NCBI GenBank assembly: GCA_964188305.1 | Contig: OZ076895.1 | DNA: 64,000 bases | Strand: one strand, 5' to 3' | Source of the DNA: Podarcis bocagei | Lineage: Eukaryota | In this document: one piece after another, positions 50,840 to 62,892 of the stretch | How positions within the stretch are numbered: the first letter of the stretch is position 1 | Layout of the letters: each line of letters starts with the position of its first letter | Notes under the pieces: generated by a model | Told to the model about the DNA's origin: nothing | The model's database searches: none | What the model saw: only the letters and a program-made list of their open reading frames with translations | Made by a program: the position numbers and the translations under genes

Positions 50840-52071
50840 ATCTAGAAGACTGGAATCTACTGCTTAAGTATTAAAAAGTAATGAACTAACTAATAGATAT
50901 ACAGTGGTACCTCGGGTTAAGAACTTAATTGGTTCTGGAGGTCTGTTCTTAACCTGAAACTGTTCTTAACCTGAGGTACCGCTATATATCTATTAGTTAT
51001 TTCATTACTTTTTAATACTTTAGCAGTAGATTCATACAAACAATTCATATAAATTCATACAAAACATACAAACCATGAAATATATTAAACAGTCGTTGCT
51101 TTCTACTCACATTGGAGAATATTTGGCTGCAAGACTGAATAGGATTTTTGAACTCGCCACCCTGTTCCTAAGGATATCTTACTCAAGTAAGGTGAGGCAG
51201 TTCCAATCTACTATGTCTGATGCCAATTGCAATCACATCCCAACAGTCTACTAACTACAAGTTACTGCGCAGAAATGCTGCTGTCTCTTTGGTGCTTCAG
51301 TGGCATTAATGTTCTGTCTTAAGTGAGCCATTTCATTCCACTCCATCTCATCTTTGGCCTGCCATATATATATGGGCTTATCAGCGATTACACTCTGGGG
51401 ACTTGCCCACACCAGAGATGTTATACTTTCCCTTTGTAAAATTGGGTTTACTGCATACGGGTATAATCCAATAATTTGGGGGGAATTAGGTTCCAAGATG
51501 CTCCACTCATGGTTGCAGATTATTTGTTTTAGGCGTTTTGGGGTGCCTGGATCAATGATCACTTTCTGCTAATCCCTTTTCCATGTCTGCTACTTCCTCA
51601 GTGCTCTCTTTTCTTTTCAGCCTGTGCTCATAACTGTTTCCAGTGTGCTCCTGAATGGAGCACAGCTTTATACAGATATATTTGTTTTGATCCCTCACAT
51701 TTGCACAAAACTAGAAAACTACACAAGCAAACCACATAACAAATTTCTGCACCAGATATTGCACAGCTATCTAAAAAGTGCATGCTGAGAATTGACAATG
51801 GCTTTCAATTCTTATACAGTTGGGCTCAGTGCACTCCCTAGTAAAGCTTGGATAGATTTTTAAAATTATCTCATATTTGCACAAAACCAGAAAACTGCAA
51901 AAGTGAGTGGTGAAAATTTACAGTTGTATGACTGTGTGCTTTTGTACACTTCCTGAGAGGGTTGTTCCCTCTCCCAAGGTGTGTGTGCAGTTATTTGTGT
52001 GCATGCCCCATCAGGGACCAACACAAAAGGAAACGCCTACTGGTATGAACAGGAAAGGCCAAAGTTGCTCC

Positions 52072-52406
52072 CAGGGCCGGATTTAGGTTTGCTGAGGCCC
52101 TAAGCTACTGAAGGTAATGGGGCCCATTATATGTCCAGCTGTCCTTTGTCAACAACAAATTGTCACTGTTAGAAAGGAGCAAACCAGTGATATTTTAGGG
52201 AGCCGGGTATCAGGCAGGACCCATTTCTTACTTCATAGGAGCCTACACAACACAAAACACTGTTGCTGTATGTAGGCGTTATTTGTTTTTATATTTTATA
52301 TTTTGGAAATGTATATCCATTTTTTCCCTTTAATTTTTTCGGGGACCCCCAAGAGAGTGGGGCCCTAAGCTATAGCTTGTTTAGCTTATACGTAAATCCG
52401 GCACTG
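52072..52406. mobile_element. hAT-type MITE
   Basis: TIRs cagggccggattta / taaatccggcactg; exact 8-bp TSD GTTGCTCC. Confidence 0.85.
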
Positions 52407-52692
52407 GTTGCTCCTCATATGCAAATTCAAATGCATGTGTTTTTGGACTACTCCTGTCTAATTCAAATGGAAGGGAAGTGGATCAACAGCTAAATAAAGC
52501 TCTCCTGTGGACATGCCCTGGATTTCCCCAGTTCTGTGATGTGTTAGGGTTCAGGAAAGAGATGCATGCAACCACAGTGTAGTGACACCATCCTATTTGA
52601 TAGCAGTACTGTTGCTGCTATGCCATTGATATTATGGGCTATTGCACTAGATCCTTAAAACATTTTAGGCTGTTCTACTGTAACATGTTAAG

Positions 52693-53036
52693 TGACGTGG
52701 GTGGCGCTGTGGGTTAAACCACAGAGCCTAGGACTTGCCAATCAGAAGGTCGGCGGTTTGAATCCCCATGACGGGGTGAGCTCCCGTTGCTCGGTCCCTG
52801 CTCCTGCCAACCTAGCAGTTCGAAAACACATCAAAGTGCAAGTAGGTAAATAGGTACCGCTCTGGCAGGAAGGTAAACGGCGTTTCCGTGCGCTGCTCTG
52901 GTTTGCCAGAAGTGGCTTAGTCATGCTGGCCACATGACCCAGAAGCTGTACACCAGCTCCCTCGGCCAATAAAGCGAGATGAGTGCCGCAACCCCAGAGT
53001 CGGTCACGACTGGACCTAATGGACCTGTCTTTACCT
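52693..53036 (+). mobile_element. Sauria SINE
   Basis: Core as above; direct repeat tactgtaacatgtt on both sides. Confidence 0.87.
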
Positions 53037-56000
53037 TACTGTAACATGTTGTACAGTGCCGTGAAGTATAATTTGACAGATCATTCAACTTGACAGTGAA
53101 ATTGTAACTACAATGGCTGAATGTAGGTTATCCAGATCTACTGTCCATCTGAATTCAGAATGGACACTATAGATCACAAAGCTATGTACACTTAACATTG
53201 AACTCAGTGGAACTTATTTTCCTGAGTAAACATGTATAGCTGGAACCTGTGGCTTTCAGATGTTTTTGGACTCCAACTCCATCAGTCCAAGCCAGCACAG
53301 ACAATCGTCAGGGATGATGGGAGTTGCAGTCCAGTAGCACCTGAAGGACCACAGATTTCACACCCCTGGATCATAGGATTGGGCCAGAAATTGGTCAATG
53401 TTTGTTACCTCTTACAAAAGTACTCCCACTTATATAGAAATTGGATTAACAAACCGTTCAGAGGCATCTGCCCCAGGCTGTTCCTATAATGGTGCTCTGC
53501 AGCACTCAAGTTCAAAAGAAGTTTGCTCAGCAAACAACTATTAAACAAGCGTTCCCCGATGTGTTTTAAATTTACCTATATGCTCAGGATCATTTAACAG
53601 AGATTATACCTTAATTGTTAAGATGCCCAGAGTATGTACTTTTGTTGTGAAGTACATCTAAACCATGTACACCACCTTGAGCCCCTTGGAGGAAAAGGTG
53701 GTATATAAATGTATTAAATAATAATAATAAATAATGAACAGCAAACTTGGGTGCTAACATATGACAGGTATGTAACTAAAATGAGGTTACTGAAAAACAA
53801 CAGGGAGGTATCAGCATCTTTTGGGGATTTCAGATGCAGGGAAAATATATATTTAGCGGGTAAATATCCCAAGGAGGCCACTCCCTAAAACATCAACAAC
53901 GAAACAAATAACAAGGATCAACTATATTCAGTTGCCACAGAAGGCTGACTCTTGGTTGAAAAAGAGAAATGGAAACTGCATCAGGGAGGGAAGGAAATGG
54001 AATACCCCCAAAAACGTCATGGCTGGCTGGAATACTGAACAGGAGCACCGCACTTCGCAACTTTACATTGCATGTCTCACTTGGTTCTGCTTAACCCAAC
54101 ATTTGTCAAAAGAATCCAAGCAGTTCAGCAAATGGAAAAACCAGCCCTGGAAACTGACCAGTGGTTGACTTTTGGACCATAGTCTTATTTTCTGCCTGCC
54201 CCCATAGCCCAAAGATTGGGAGTAGTATTAGTACCATACTGACAACTGTGGTCAGGTAACAGACTAAATTCTGGGAGAAGGTGGAGTTCACAAGTATTAC
54301 GTTTTTGTCCTGGTCTGGGTCTTCCATGCAACTATCACCTGATCCTGCCTCTAAAGTCAAAATCTGGCCACCTCTATTGTGATGTCAGCAACATAGAGGT
54401 CACAGGGGGAAGCAGCTGGTTTACATAGTCTACAGCACTGCGTTTTATACCACTTTAACCAGGCATAGGCAAACTTGGCCCTCCAGATGTTTTGGGACTA
54501 CAACTCCCATCATCGCTGACCACTGGCCCTGTTAGCTAGGGATGATGGGAGTTGTAGTCCCAAAACATCTGGAGGGCCAATTTTGCCTATGCCTGACTTT
54601 AACAGCCATGGAGAATCCTTGGGAACTGTAGTTTGTTAAGGGTCCCTGGAATTCTGTGTCTAGGAGGCAGGAGGGCAACAAAGTTTGCACAGCAAAGTAG
54701 ATGGAGTATTTTTCTTAGCGCCGAGTTTAAATCCTGTTCCTCCATGGACACCTTAGTGTCTTGAGCAAACCACTTCTTTATAGTCTGATCTGTAAAATGC
54801 TTGGGCTGTTGTGAGGACAAATGCAATAAGGGTAGCAAAGCAATTGGTGTATTCAAATAATAATGATGATGATTATTATCAAGAGCTTTTAATCCTGGCT
54901 AAAACCATTTAATTTGCGTCTGTTGAATACAGTGTTCTTACAGTTCATCTGGCAGGATTAGCAATTCATGTGACTTGCTGCTTATTTCACAGGTATCGAT
55001 GTGCTTACGAAAATCCTGCTTTTGCAAACTATGTTAGAAGGGTGGCCAAAATCATAAAGGAATTGGGGCATCTATCTATCTCAAAATGAATACCCTGTAT
55101 TTCCATGGGAAATCATAATCATGCTAGTTTATAAATGTCACAACAAATTAAACAACAAGCCGCATTTTTTAAAAAAAAAGCCAGAAAAACATTATCAGCA
55201 GACAGCGTACCAAAAAAAGATATTGTCACAGAATTTGTCATAGAGGAAAATCTTACAAACATGGGTCTTTGCAGTTTGAAGGGGGGGGGGGAAGACTAGC
55301 GATGAGACATAGTACAGATTTATGAAATTATGCCCTACTTGGAGAAGGGACCGAGAGAAGACTTGTAGGCATAAGTATTTGAGAGCCAGTATGTATTTAT
55401 GTAAGTGGCCTATGTTGGCACTTGTTGGAGTGAAACTTGGTTTCAAATCCTCCACTCAGCTGCAACTTCACTAGGTGACCCTGGACAAGAGGCCACTTCT
55501 CAGCCTAACATGCATTGAAGGTTTCTTGTCACGATAAAATGGGGTGAACAGAAGAAGAGAAGTGGAATTTTTTCAAAACGTGCTAAAAATATGTAGATCA
55601 TATCTAGGTTAGCCCACATCACATCCTCTGCTTTGGGACTGCAAGCTGGTCTCCTGTGCCCAAACCTGCGGGCATCTCCAGGTTGTATGCAGGAACTGGT
55701 TATTATTCATATTTATTTCAATATCTTTTTTGCTGCCTCTCCCCTCAAAACAACAACAACACCACACAAGATATGGCAATAAAGGGCTACTGAAAGGAGA
55801 GAGAAGGGAAACGGGTATTGGAGACAAAATATCAAGAGGCAACAAAGATGCAAAAATCAAAGCATCTGAAGGAAAGGCACTCTGCACGTGCTCAGACAAC
55901 CCCCTCCATGCAATGTATTGTAAGCTCCAGCTTGGCAAAGCGCGAATGGTGTACGGGAAAACTGTATACAACGTGTTTGTCTGTTTTCTGGCTTGCTTTT

Positions 56001-56079
56001 CAGCTGCTCCCTGAGGAGGAGACTGACACTTTTGTTTGTATGTGCGCTAAGGGGGGGGGGGGGAGAGAAAGAAAATGCA

Positions 56080-56475
56080 AGCCGCGGCGTTTCGTTGGCA
56101 ACGGCCTGCGCTGTTATGACGTCGGTGACGTCGGGAGCCGAGTGTGACGCGGCCCATTGTGTGACGTCAGGGAGCTCCCCAGCTGCGCGCCCGTGGGGAG
56201 GCACCGCGACCGCCCCCGCGCCTCCATCGCCTCGCGGACACCGGCGAGGGCGGTCGCGCCTCCGGGCAGGAGCCTGGAAGACCCTCGGGCGGGCGGGTAG
56301 GCGGGCTATGCCGCGCTGGGAGCTGCTGAGACCATCGCAGTAAGGAACAGGCGCGAGGAGTAGGCGGAGGAGGCAGGACCACCAGCAGCAGCACCATGGA
56401 GAATAAATATCCTTCCTTCAGGGGCGCGGGAAGGGAGCCACTTCGCCCACTCCGTCGTGGAATCAGGGGGCGAGA
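56080..56475. promoter_or_regulatory. CpG island / putative bidirectional CAPZA3-PLCZ1 promoter with CRE motifs
   Basis: The only strongly CpG-rich non-repeat stretch in the window. TGACGTCG at 56117 and 56126, TGACG at 56145, a perfect TGACGTCA at 56162..56169, and GC boxes (GGGCGG) at ~56250-56300. It lies between the 5' ends of CAPZA3 (-) and PLCZ1 segment B (+). Confidence 0.8.
56396..56406 (+). CDS. PLCZ1: PLCZ1 segment B first coding micro-exon (MEN + part of K)
   Basis: Kozak-like gcaccATGG; ATG GAG AAT AA is followed by the U12 donor ATATCCTT. It joins the next exon in frame to give MENKWF. Confidence 0.88.
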
Positions 56476-58703
56476 AGCCCCCATGGAGAGATGACCTTGG
56501 GGTCCTCAGCAGACGCCCCCCAGCATAGGAACCAGCTCCTAGGGTCTGAGGTTCCTTTGACACCCCCCCCCCAAATCTTTGAAGGAGCATTATTCAAATA
56601 GTGTGCATCTGCCGCTTCATGTGGTCAACTCTGCAGGCTAGGGTTTACCTCTCTCCCCCCCCCCCCAATATTTTACTCAAGTTGGCACCCTGCTCCCCAG
56701 ACATAAACAGAGAATAAATTCAGTAAGCCAGCAACTTTATGCACATTCAACTTGGGTGCGTTCAGCTTTAGGCACGGAGTAGAATTTTTTAATTTTTTTT
56801 AAAGACTTTGGTGATGCCACCCGCCATTGCACCCAGCATGTCTTTGACGAGACACGATTTTGGCTTTTGGCGCGATCCCTGGGGGTAAGTTGCAGGCTTA
56901 CTGTAGATCATCATGACCTTTGCACCCTGCTTCCCAGCTCACCTCTCTTGGAGCACCTGGGAAACATGTCAATCACTCTGTGCATTTTTTTTCCTTTAAA
57001 AAAGAACAAGCATAAATGAACAATTTATGGGAGAACACAAGTAGGATTAGCTGTCCATACACCCCTGCCATGAGACCTTGAGGCAAGCACCCCCAAATTC
57101 GGCCCTCCAGATGTTTTGGGACTACAACTCCCATCATCCCTAGCTAACAGGACCAGTGGTCAGGGAGGATGGGAATTGTAGTCCCAAAACATCAGGAGGG
57201 CCAAGTTTAGGGATGTCTGCCTGAGGGATGCTGCTCCCTGCTTCCTCAGTAAAGCCCACTCCCTGCTTCCTTCAAACAGATAATGTGCCCCTTCCCCAGA
57301 ACTTAACCTGTCACAAGTTACCTCCTCCCACACATGGCATTTAATAAGTTGCCTGGTCAGCAGAATGATAATATAGTATATTAATGTTGAAGACTATGAC
57401 GGGTACCCAAAGGAGGACGTCTCCAGTGGGAGAGATTCCACAAGCATGCAGTGGAATCCTAGTAGCAGTTCCCTTTAACCTGGTAAATTTTTAGGATCCA
57501 CGTTTTTTCTGTGATTGTAAAATGTACCGTATTTTTTGCTCTATAAGACTCACTTTTTCCCTCCTAAAAAGTAAGGGGAAATGTGTGTGTGTCTTATGGA
57601 GCGAATGCAGGCTGGGCAGCTATCCCAGAAGCCAGAACAGCAAGAGGGATTGCTGCTTTCACTGCACAGCGATCCCTCTTGCTGTTCTGGCTTCTGAGAT
57701 TCAGAATATTTTTTTTCTTGTTTTCCTCCTCCAAAAACTAGGTGCGTCTTGTGGTCTGGTGCATCTTATAGAGCGAAAAATATGGTAAATTGTTTTATAC
57801 CATTTTTTAACTTGGCATTTGAATTAAGCCACCTTGAGTCCTAGACTGNNNNNNNNNNNNNNNNNNNNNNNNNNNNNNNNNNNNNNNNNNNNNNNNNNNN
57901 NNNNNNNNNNNNNNNNNNNNNNNNNNNNNNNNNNNNNNNNNNNNNNNNNNNNNNNNNNNNNNNNNNNNNNNNNNNNNNNNNNNNNNAGGGTGAAGGGCAG
58001 GTAAATAACCCAATCTCTTTATAAATTTCCAATCACCTGCAGGTAAGTGACTCACAAACACCCTCCTCCCACGTTTTCTTTAAACAAAGGGAGAACCAAA
58101 GCTGAGAGTTCCTTCTCCACAGTTACATTACTAAGATGCCCAGATGCAAGTACACAGTAAGCACTTGAGCCCAGTTCCCTTTCGGGGGACAATGCCAGCC
58201 GCAAAGCGAAGTGACTCTCCAAAATGACCTCCCCTCCTTCGCCAGCTTTCCCTTATTACCAGCTTTCTATTGTACAGTTCTTTTCTTTCATACACTGAAG
58301 TCTCATCTACTTGTACAGAAATGTGTTGTTTCTAGTCTACGGAATGGTTCCCTGTTTCAACGCACGTGGAACACTATGTTTATAGAAGGGGAGAATTTGT
58401 CACCTTTCCCATGAAAGGAACAATTTCCTCTTGCAGGGATCCTTTGCCTGGAATGCTGCTATTCCACAGACGTCTTTGGAACCTGATCCACAACAATGTT
58501 TAAATAAAATACTTGGATCTAATTAATTCTGCCCCCAGCTCCTGCTTCACAAGTGGGAAATGGACTGGGCCATTTGCAAAAAAAGAAGAAGGGGAAAAAA
58601 GTGTATAGTTCCTCCTTGCCAACATCAGTCACTTTTTTTTGAACTGGAAAAAAGAGAGAATGCCAAAATTATCTGGAAAATTCCTTAATTTGCTTTTCTC
58701 TAC
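56407..58703 (+). other. U12-type (minor spliceosome) AT-AC intron in PLCZ1 segment B
   Basis: 5' end ATATCCTTCC, branch sequence TTCCTTAAT at 58681..58689, 3' end TAC at 58701..58703. Confidence 0.9.
57849..57986. other. Assembly gap
   Basis: Run of N within the U12 intron. Confidence 1.
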
Positions 58704-58827
58704 ATGGTTCATGGACATCATCTTCGATGAATTTAGAGATGGCAAGATCAATCTAGATAAGACCTTGAAACTGCTAAATAAGTTTGACGTCAGTTACGAC
58801 TACGTTCATGTGAAAAAGGTGTTTAAG
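58704..58827 (+). CDS. PLCZ1: PLCZ1 segment B exon (EF-hand 1)
   Basis: 124 nt; (K)WFMDIIFDEFRDGKINLDKTLKLLNKFDVSYDYVHVKKVFK|gtgaga, matching the PLCzeta N-terminus. Confidence 0.93.
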
Positions 58828-59539
58828 GTGAGAAAATCATGTTTGTATTAAGAATATATAGTAGTATCGGTGGTCAGTGGACCATAGCTGTCTAAGTAAA
58901 CTTACTACATGCCAACAGGACTTCCAGACTAAAGTTCTTTAAGAACAGAAAATGTATTGCTTCTAGGCAAGTTGCGTTATTACTGTGTAATTAAGGACCT
59001 ATCTTTCACCCATGAGCAAGCGCCCTTGGTTTTTCTTTCTTTCTTGGGTAGTGTTTCCTTTTCAGAAACCAATTATTGATCATTTGGGATGGGTTGGTAA
59101 CATCTGTCTCACCTGTTGAACCTCATATAGTTACATGAGAGGTTTGATTCTTCTGTACACTTGCCTTCTAGTGCCCTTAATGGTCTTAGAAACAGAGATG
59201 TTTGGAAGCTTAAAAAACACACTCAATACTGTTTCCCTTCTGATTATGGTTGTTCTTATATTCCAGTGGAGTCTTACATTCCAATGGCTGTGACAGGAGG
59301 CTGGAGAGCTGAGAGGAGAGAGGCTTGATCGGATGATGAGCCCTATAACATGTTTGAAGTGGATGAATTGGCTGGGCTCCTCTCTCTCCCCTTTAATTAT
59401 TCTGATTAAGCCAGTAATTGGCATATAGGATGGGAGATGAAGAGGTCAAACTGAAGACTTATGCTTATAGACCTGCTTTTCAGCTATGTGAACGTAACTA
59501 AATTAGGTCCCAGATTTTAATTTAAGGTGCAGTATGTAA

Positions 59540-59996
59540 CCTACGGGTACCTACGGGACCGCCTCTCCTGGTATGCCCCGCAAGGGACCTTAAGGTCCAC
59601 AAATGACAACACTTTAGAGGTCCCAAGTCGCAAGGTGGTTAGATTCATCTCAACTAGGGCCCAGGGCCTTTTCAGTACTGGCCCCAACTTGGTGGAACGC
59701 TCTGTCACAAGAGACTAGGGCCCTGCGGGACTTGACATCTTTCCGCAGGACAGAGCTGCAAGACAGAACTGTTCCACCTGGCCTTTGGTTTGGACTCAGT
59801 CTGACCCTTATGTTTCCCTCCCCTTATGGTTTTGATCTATGGGCTACTATTAAAATGAGGCTGCATTTTAAATTGTATTTTAACCCATAATTTAAATTGG
59901 GTTTTTTTCTTTCTTTTCTCCCCCCCCCCTTATGTTTCTATTGTAATTTTACTGGTGTTAGCTGCCCTGAGCCCGGCTCTGGCAGGGTATAAATAA

Positions 59997-60060
<64 letters not shown>
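59540..60060 (+). mobile_element. L2-like LINE 3' fragment with (ATT)n tail
   Basis: YLRDRLSWYAPQGTLRS...RAQGLFS, then gccctgagccc...gggtataaataaa(tta)n. A short 3'-end copy is also present at ~60596..60693. Confidence 0.7.
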
Positions 60061-60062
<2 letters not shown>

Positions 60063-60140
60063 TAACAATGCCCGTTCCCTTTTCACTTCACTCATCTACT
60101 GGCTTGCCCTCACAATCACGAAGGCTCACAGACTGACTCT

Positions 60141-60546
60141 ATAATAATAATAATAATAATTTATTACTTATACCCCGCCCATCTGGCTGGGTGTCCCCAG
60201 CCACTCTGGGCGGCTTCCATAAAAACCAAAAATACAGTAAAATATCACACGTTAAAAACTTCCCTGAACAGGGCTGCCTTAAGATGTCTTCTGAATGTCA
60301 GGTAGTTGTTTATCGTTTTGACATCTGCTGGAAGGGCGTTCCACAGGGCGGGCGCCACTACCGAGAAGGCCCTCTGCCTGGTTCCCTGTAGCTTTGCTTC
60401 TCGCAATGAGGGAACCGCCAGAAGGCCCTCGGCACTGGACCTCAGTGTCCGGGCAGAATGATGGGGGTGGAGACGCTCCTTCAGGTATACTGGACCGAGG
60501 CCGTTTAGGGCTTTAAAGGTCAGCACCAACACTTTGAATTGTGCTC
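60141..60546 (-). mobile_element. L2/CR1-group LINE 3' fragment
   Basis: ORF 60245..60532 (LVLTFKALNGLGPVYLKERL...FRRHLKAALF) is the same family as 21748..22035; (AAT)n tail. Confidence 0.85.
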
Positions 60547-60647
60547 TAGTGAATTAATTTTATAATGAAATGATTTTAGAATGTTGTACTATTATTGTTA
60601 GCTGCCCTGAGCCTGGCTTCGGCTGGGGAGGGCAGGATATAAATAAA

Positions 60648-60694
<47 letters not shown>

Positions 60695-60811
60695 GTGAGT
60701 GTTTCTTAGAAAAGCTTCGAACTATGTCAAAGTGCTCATTGTTTTGGTGTGAATACTGCCACATAGTGCTTTATTTATATTTATTGCCAACTCTTCTTTT
60801 TTTTAACATAG

Positions 60812-61043
60812 AAAAATGACAAACAGAAGTCTGGACTTATTACCATGGAAGATTTTAGGGCAATTTATCGAACGCTTCTGCACCGACCGGAACTTCACGA
60901 ACTCTTCAGCAGCTACTCGCCAAACAAAAAAGTTCTAACAGTATCAAATCTGTGTGACTTTCTTAGAAAGGAACAGTTTGAACTTGATGTTAATGAAGCA
61001 AGAGCTGTGTCACTCATTAATATGTTTGAACCCATTGACGAAG
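60812..61043 (+). CDS. PLCZ1: PLCZ1 segment B exon (EF-hands 2-3)
   Basis: ttttaacatag|AAA...GAAG|gtacac, 232 nt; KNDKQKSGLITMEDFRAIYRTLLHRPELHELFSSYS...FLRKEQF...FEPIDE. The gene continues beyond the window or elsewhere. Confidence 0.93.
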
Positions 61044-62532
61044 GTACACTAAAGTTTTAATGTTACAGTTTAATTAGTTTGGAATCATAGCTTTTAGTGT
61101 GTTGATAATGATATTGAACATATGAGTAATAATGAGTATGTAGACAGTCACAATGTAGCCTTTATTTTCCCAAGAGAAAATGTTGTTTTTATGCAGAAAG
61201 CTCGTCAGTTTTCTAAATTTATTGTCTGCCTTGGACGTTCAGCCAGCTCCAATGATAGCTGGCCTGAGATTGTGAGTCATGCACCATTAGGAGCACATCT
61301 AATGAAGACCACTGCTGACATCTATTTCTGCAGCCACTATCTTTTGATGGAGAAAGGGGGAGCAGTGGTGGATAAGGCTTGCTCTCCACATCCAATGATA
61401 AGTGCTACCCATGCTTATTGCATCATTCAGGATTCCACAAGAACAGAGCTTCTCAGGCCCTTAGCCAGCCTAAAAGTTTTGGTGGGGACATCAGAAAAGT
61501 AGACGGTGGCCAGTTTATCTGGTCTGCAGGCCTTTTTACAATCAAACTAAAAACTCTTTTTATTTAACCCTGATTTTTGCAGCTGTGCTGCAACTTACAT
61601 ACATTTTTAAAAATTCCTAAGCAAACAACAGTTGTTGCTTTTCTTGCCACCAGTTCGCAAAAAAGGTAAAAAAAATAAATAATTCAAGAACAACAACCCA
61701 TTACTATTAGGAATAAGCTACAATGGGAGTGTTCTTATAGTTTATAACAAAAGCTTTCTTGTCTTCGAAGCTGCAAAGGTGGAACAGGTTCATCCAAAAC
61801 CAATTCTTTAGTCATGTCCATGTTATAACCCAAAAGAACACGATCGGCTTTATGTTCACAATTGCTGAGGACCTAAAACTGATGTTAATGAGATGCATTG
61901 CAGTTCTGCTTGAAATTATTGGTGCTGCTTCACCCAAAAGGCCAGCTCTGGGAAATGCAGGCCCATAATTTTTGAGCCCCTCTGCAAACTGTGCTAACGA
62001 TGGTCATTCTTTAATAAGGAATTTTGCCGACTCAGGTTCCGATTTTAAGTTTTCTAGCTTTTTACAGTTGTCCAAGTGATGTTTTAATATTTTAGATAGT
62101 GGATTCTAATTGTCCTCATTTCCAGGCTGGGACAAACTCTTGTGAGCTATAGCTATAATTAACCAGTGTACTGTAGCTGTTAGAGTGTTGGGCTAAGACC
62201 CAAGAGACCGTGGTTCAAATCCTTACGTGGCCATGAAGCTCACTGTGTGTGGCCTTCGGCCAGTTCTTGCCTCTCAGCATAACCCACCTCACAGGGTTGT
62301 TGTGGGGATGAAATGAGGCAGGTGAGAACAATGCTTACCACCTTGAGCTCCTTGGAGAAAATCTGGGATGTAAATGTAATAGCTAGCTAGCCTCTCTCCT
62401 TGAATATACTTTCTAATTCACGAGTGCTATGGCAAAAGTGCCACCATGTTGCCTGTAATAGGAGTTACTGTTTCAGATTTATTTCCAGCAAAGCAACTTA
62501 CAAATGCTTGCTTTGAGGTCACGATGAGAATA

Positions 62533-62892
62533 GGTAAAGGTAAAAGGCAAAGGACCCCTGGACGGTTAGGTCCAGTCAAAGGCGACTATGGGGTTGCAGC
62601 GTTCATCTCGCTTTCAGGCCAAGGGAGCCAGCATTTGTCCACAGACAGTTTTCCAGGTCCTGTGGCCAGCATGCTTCTGGCGCAATGGAACACCATGACA
62701 GAAACCAGAGTGCACAGAAACACTGTTTACCTTCCTGCCGCAGTGGTACCTATTTATCTACTTGCACTGGTGTGCTTTCGAACTGCTAGGTTAGCAGGAG
62801 CTGGGACAGAGCAACAGGAGCTCACCCCATCATGCAGATTCGAACTGTTGACCTTCTGATCAGCAAGCCCAAGAGGCTCAGTGGTTTAGACC
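62533..62892 (-). mobile_element. Sauria SINE
   Basis: ggtaaaggtaaa tail and reverse-complement core gtacctatttatctacttgcac...ttcgaactgctaggtt. Confidence 0.85.

Noticed and set aside
51251-51562. 103-aa minus-strand ORF upstream of CAPZA3
   Set aside because: Weakly resembles a decayed L1/Tx1 ORF2 C-terminus; not capping-protein-like, and no support as a host exon.
58639-58703. N-terminal extension MNWKKERMPKLSGKFLNLLFST of the EF-hand exon
   Set aside because: This is intron sequence containing the U12 branch site; the real start is the micro-exon at 56396.
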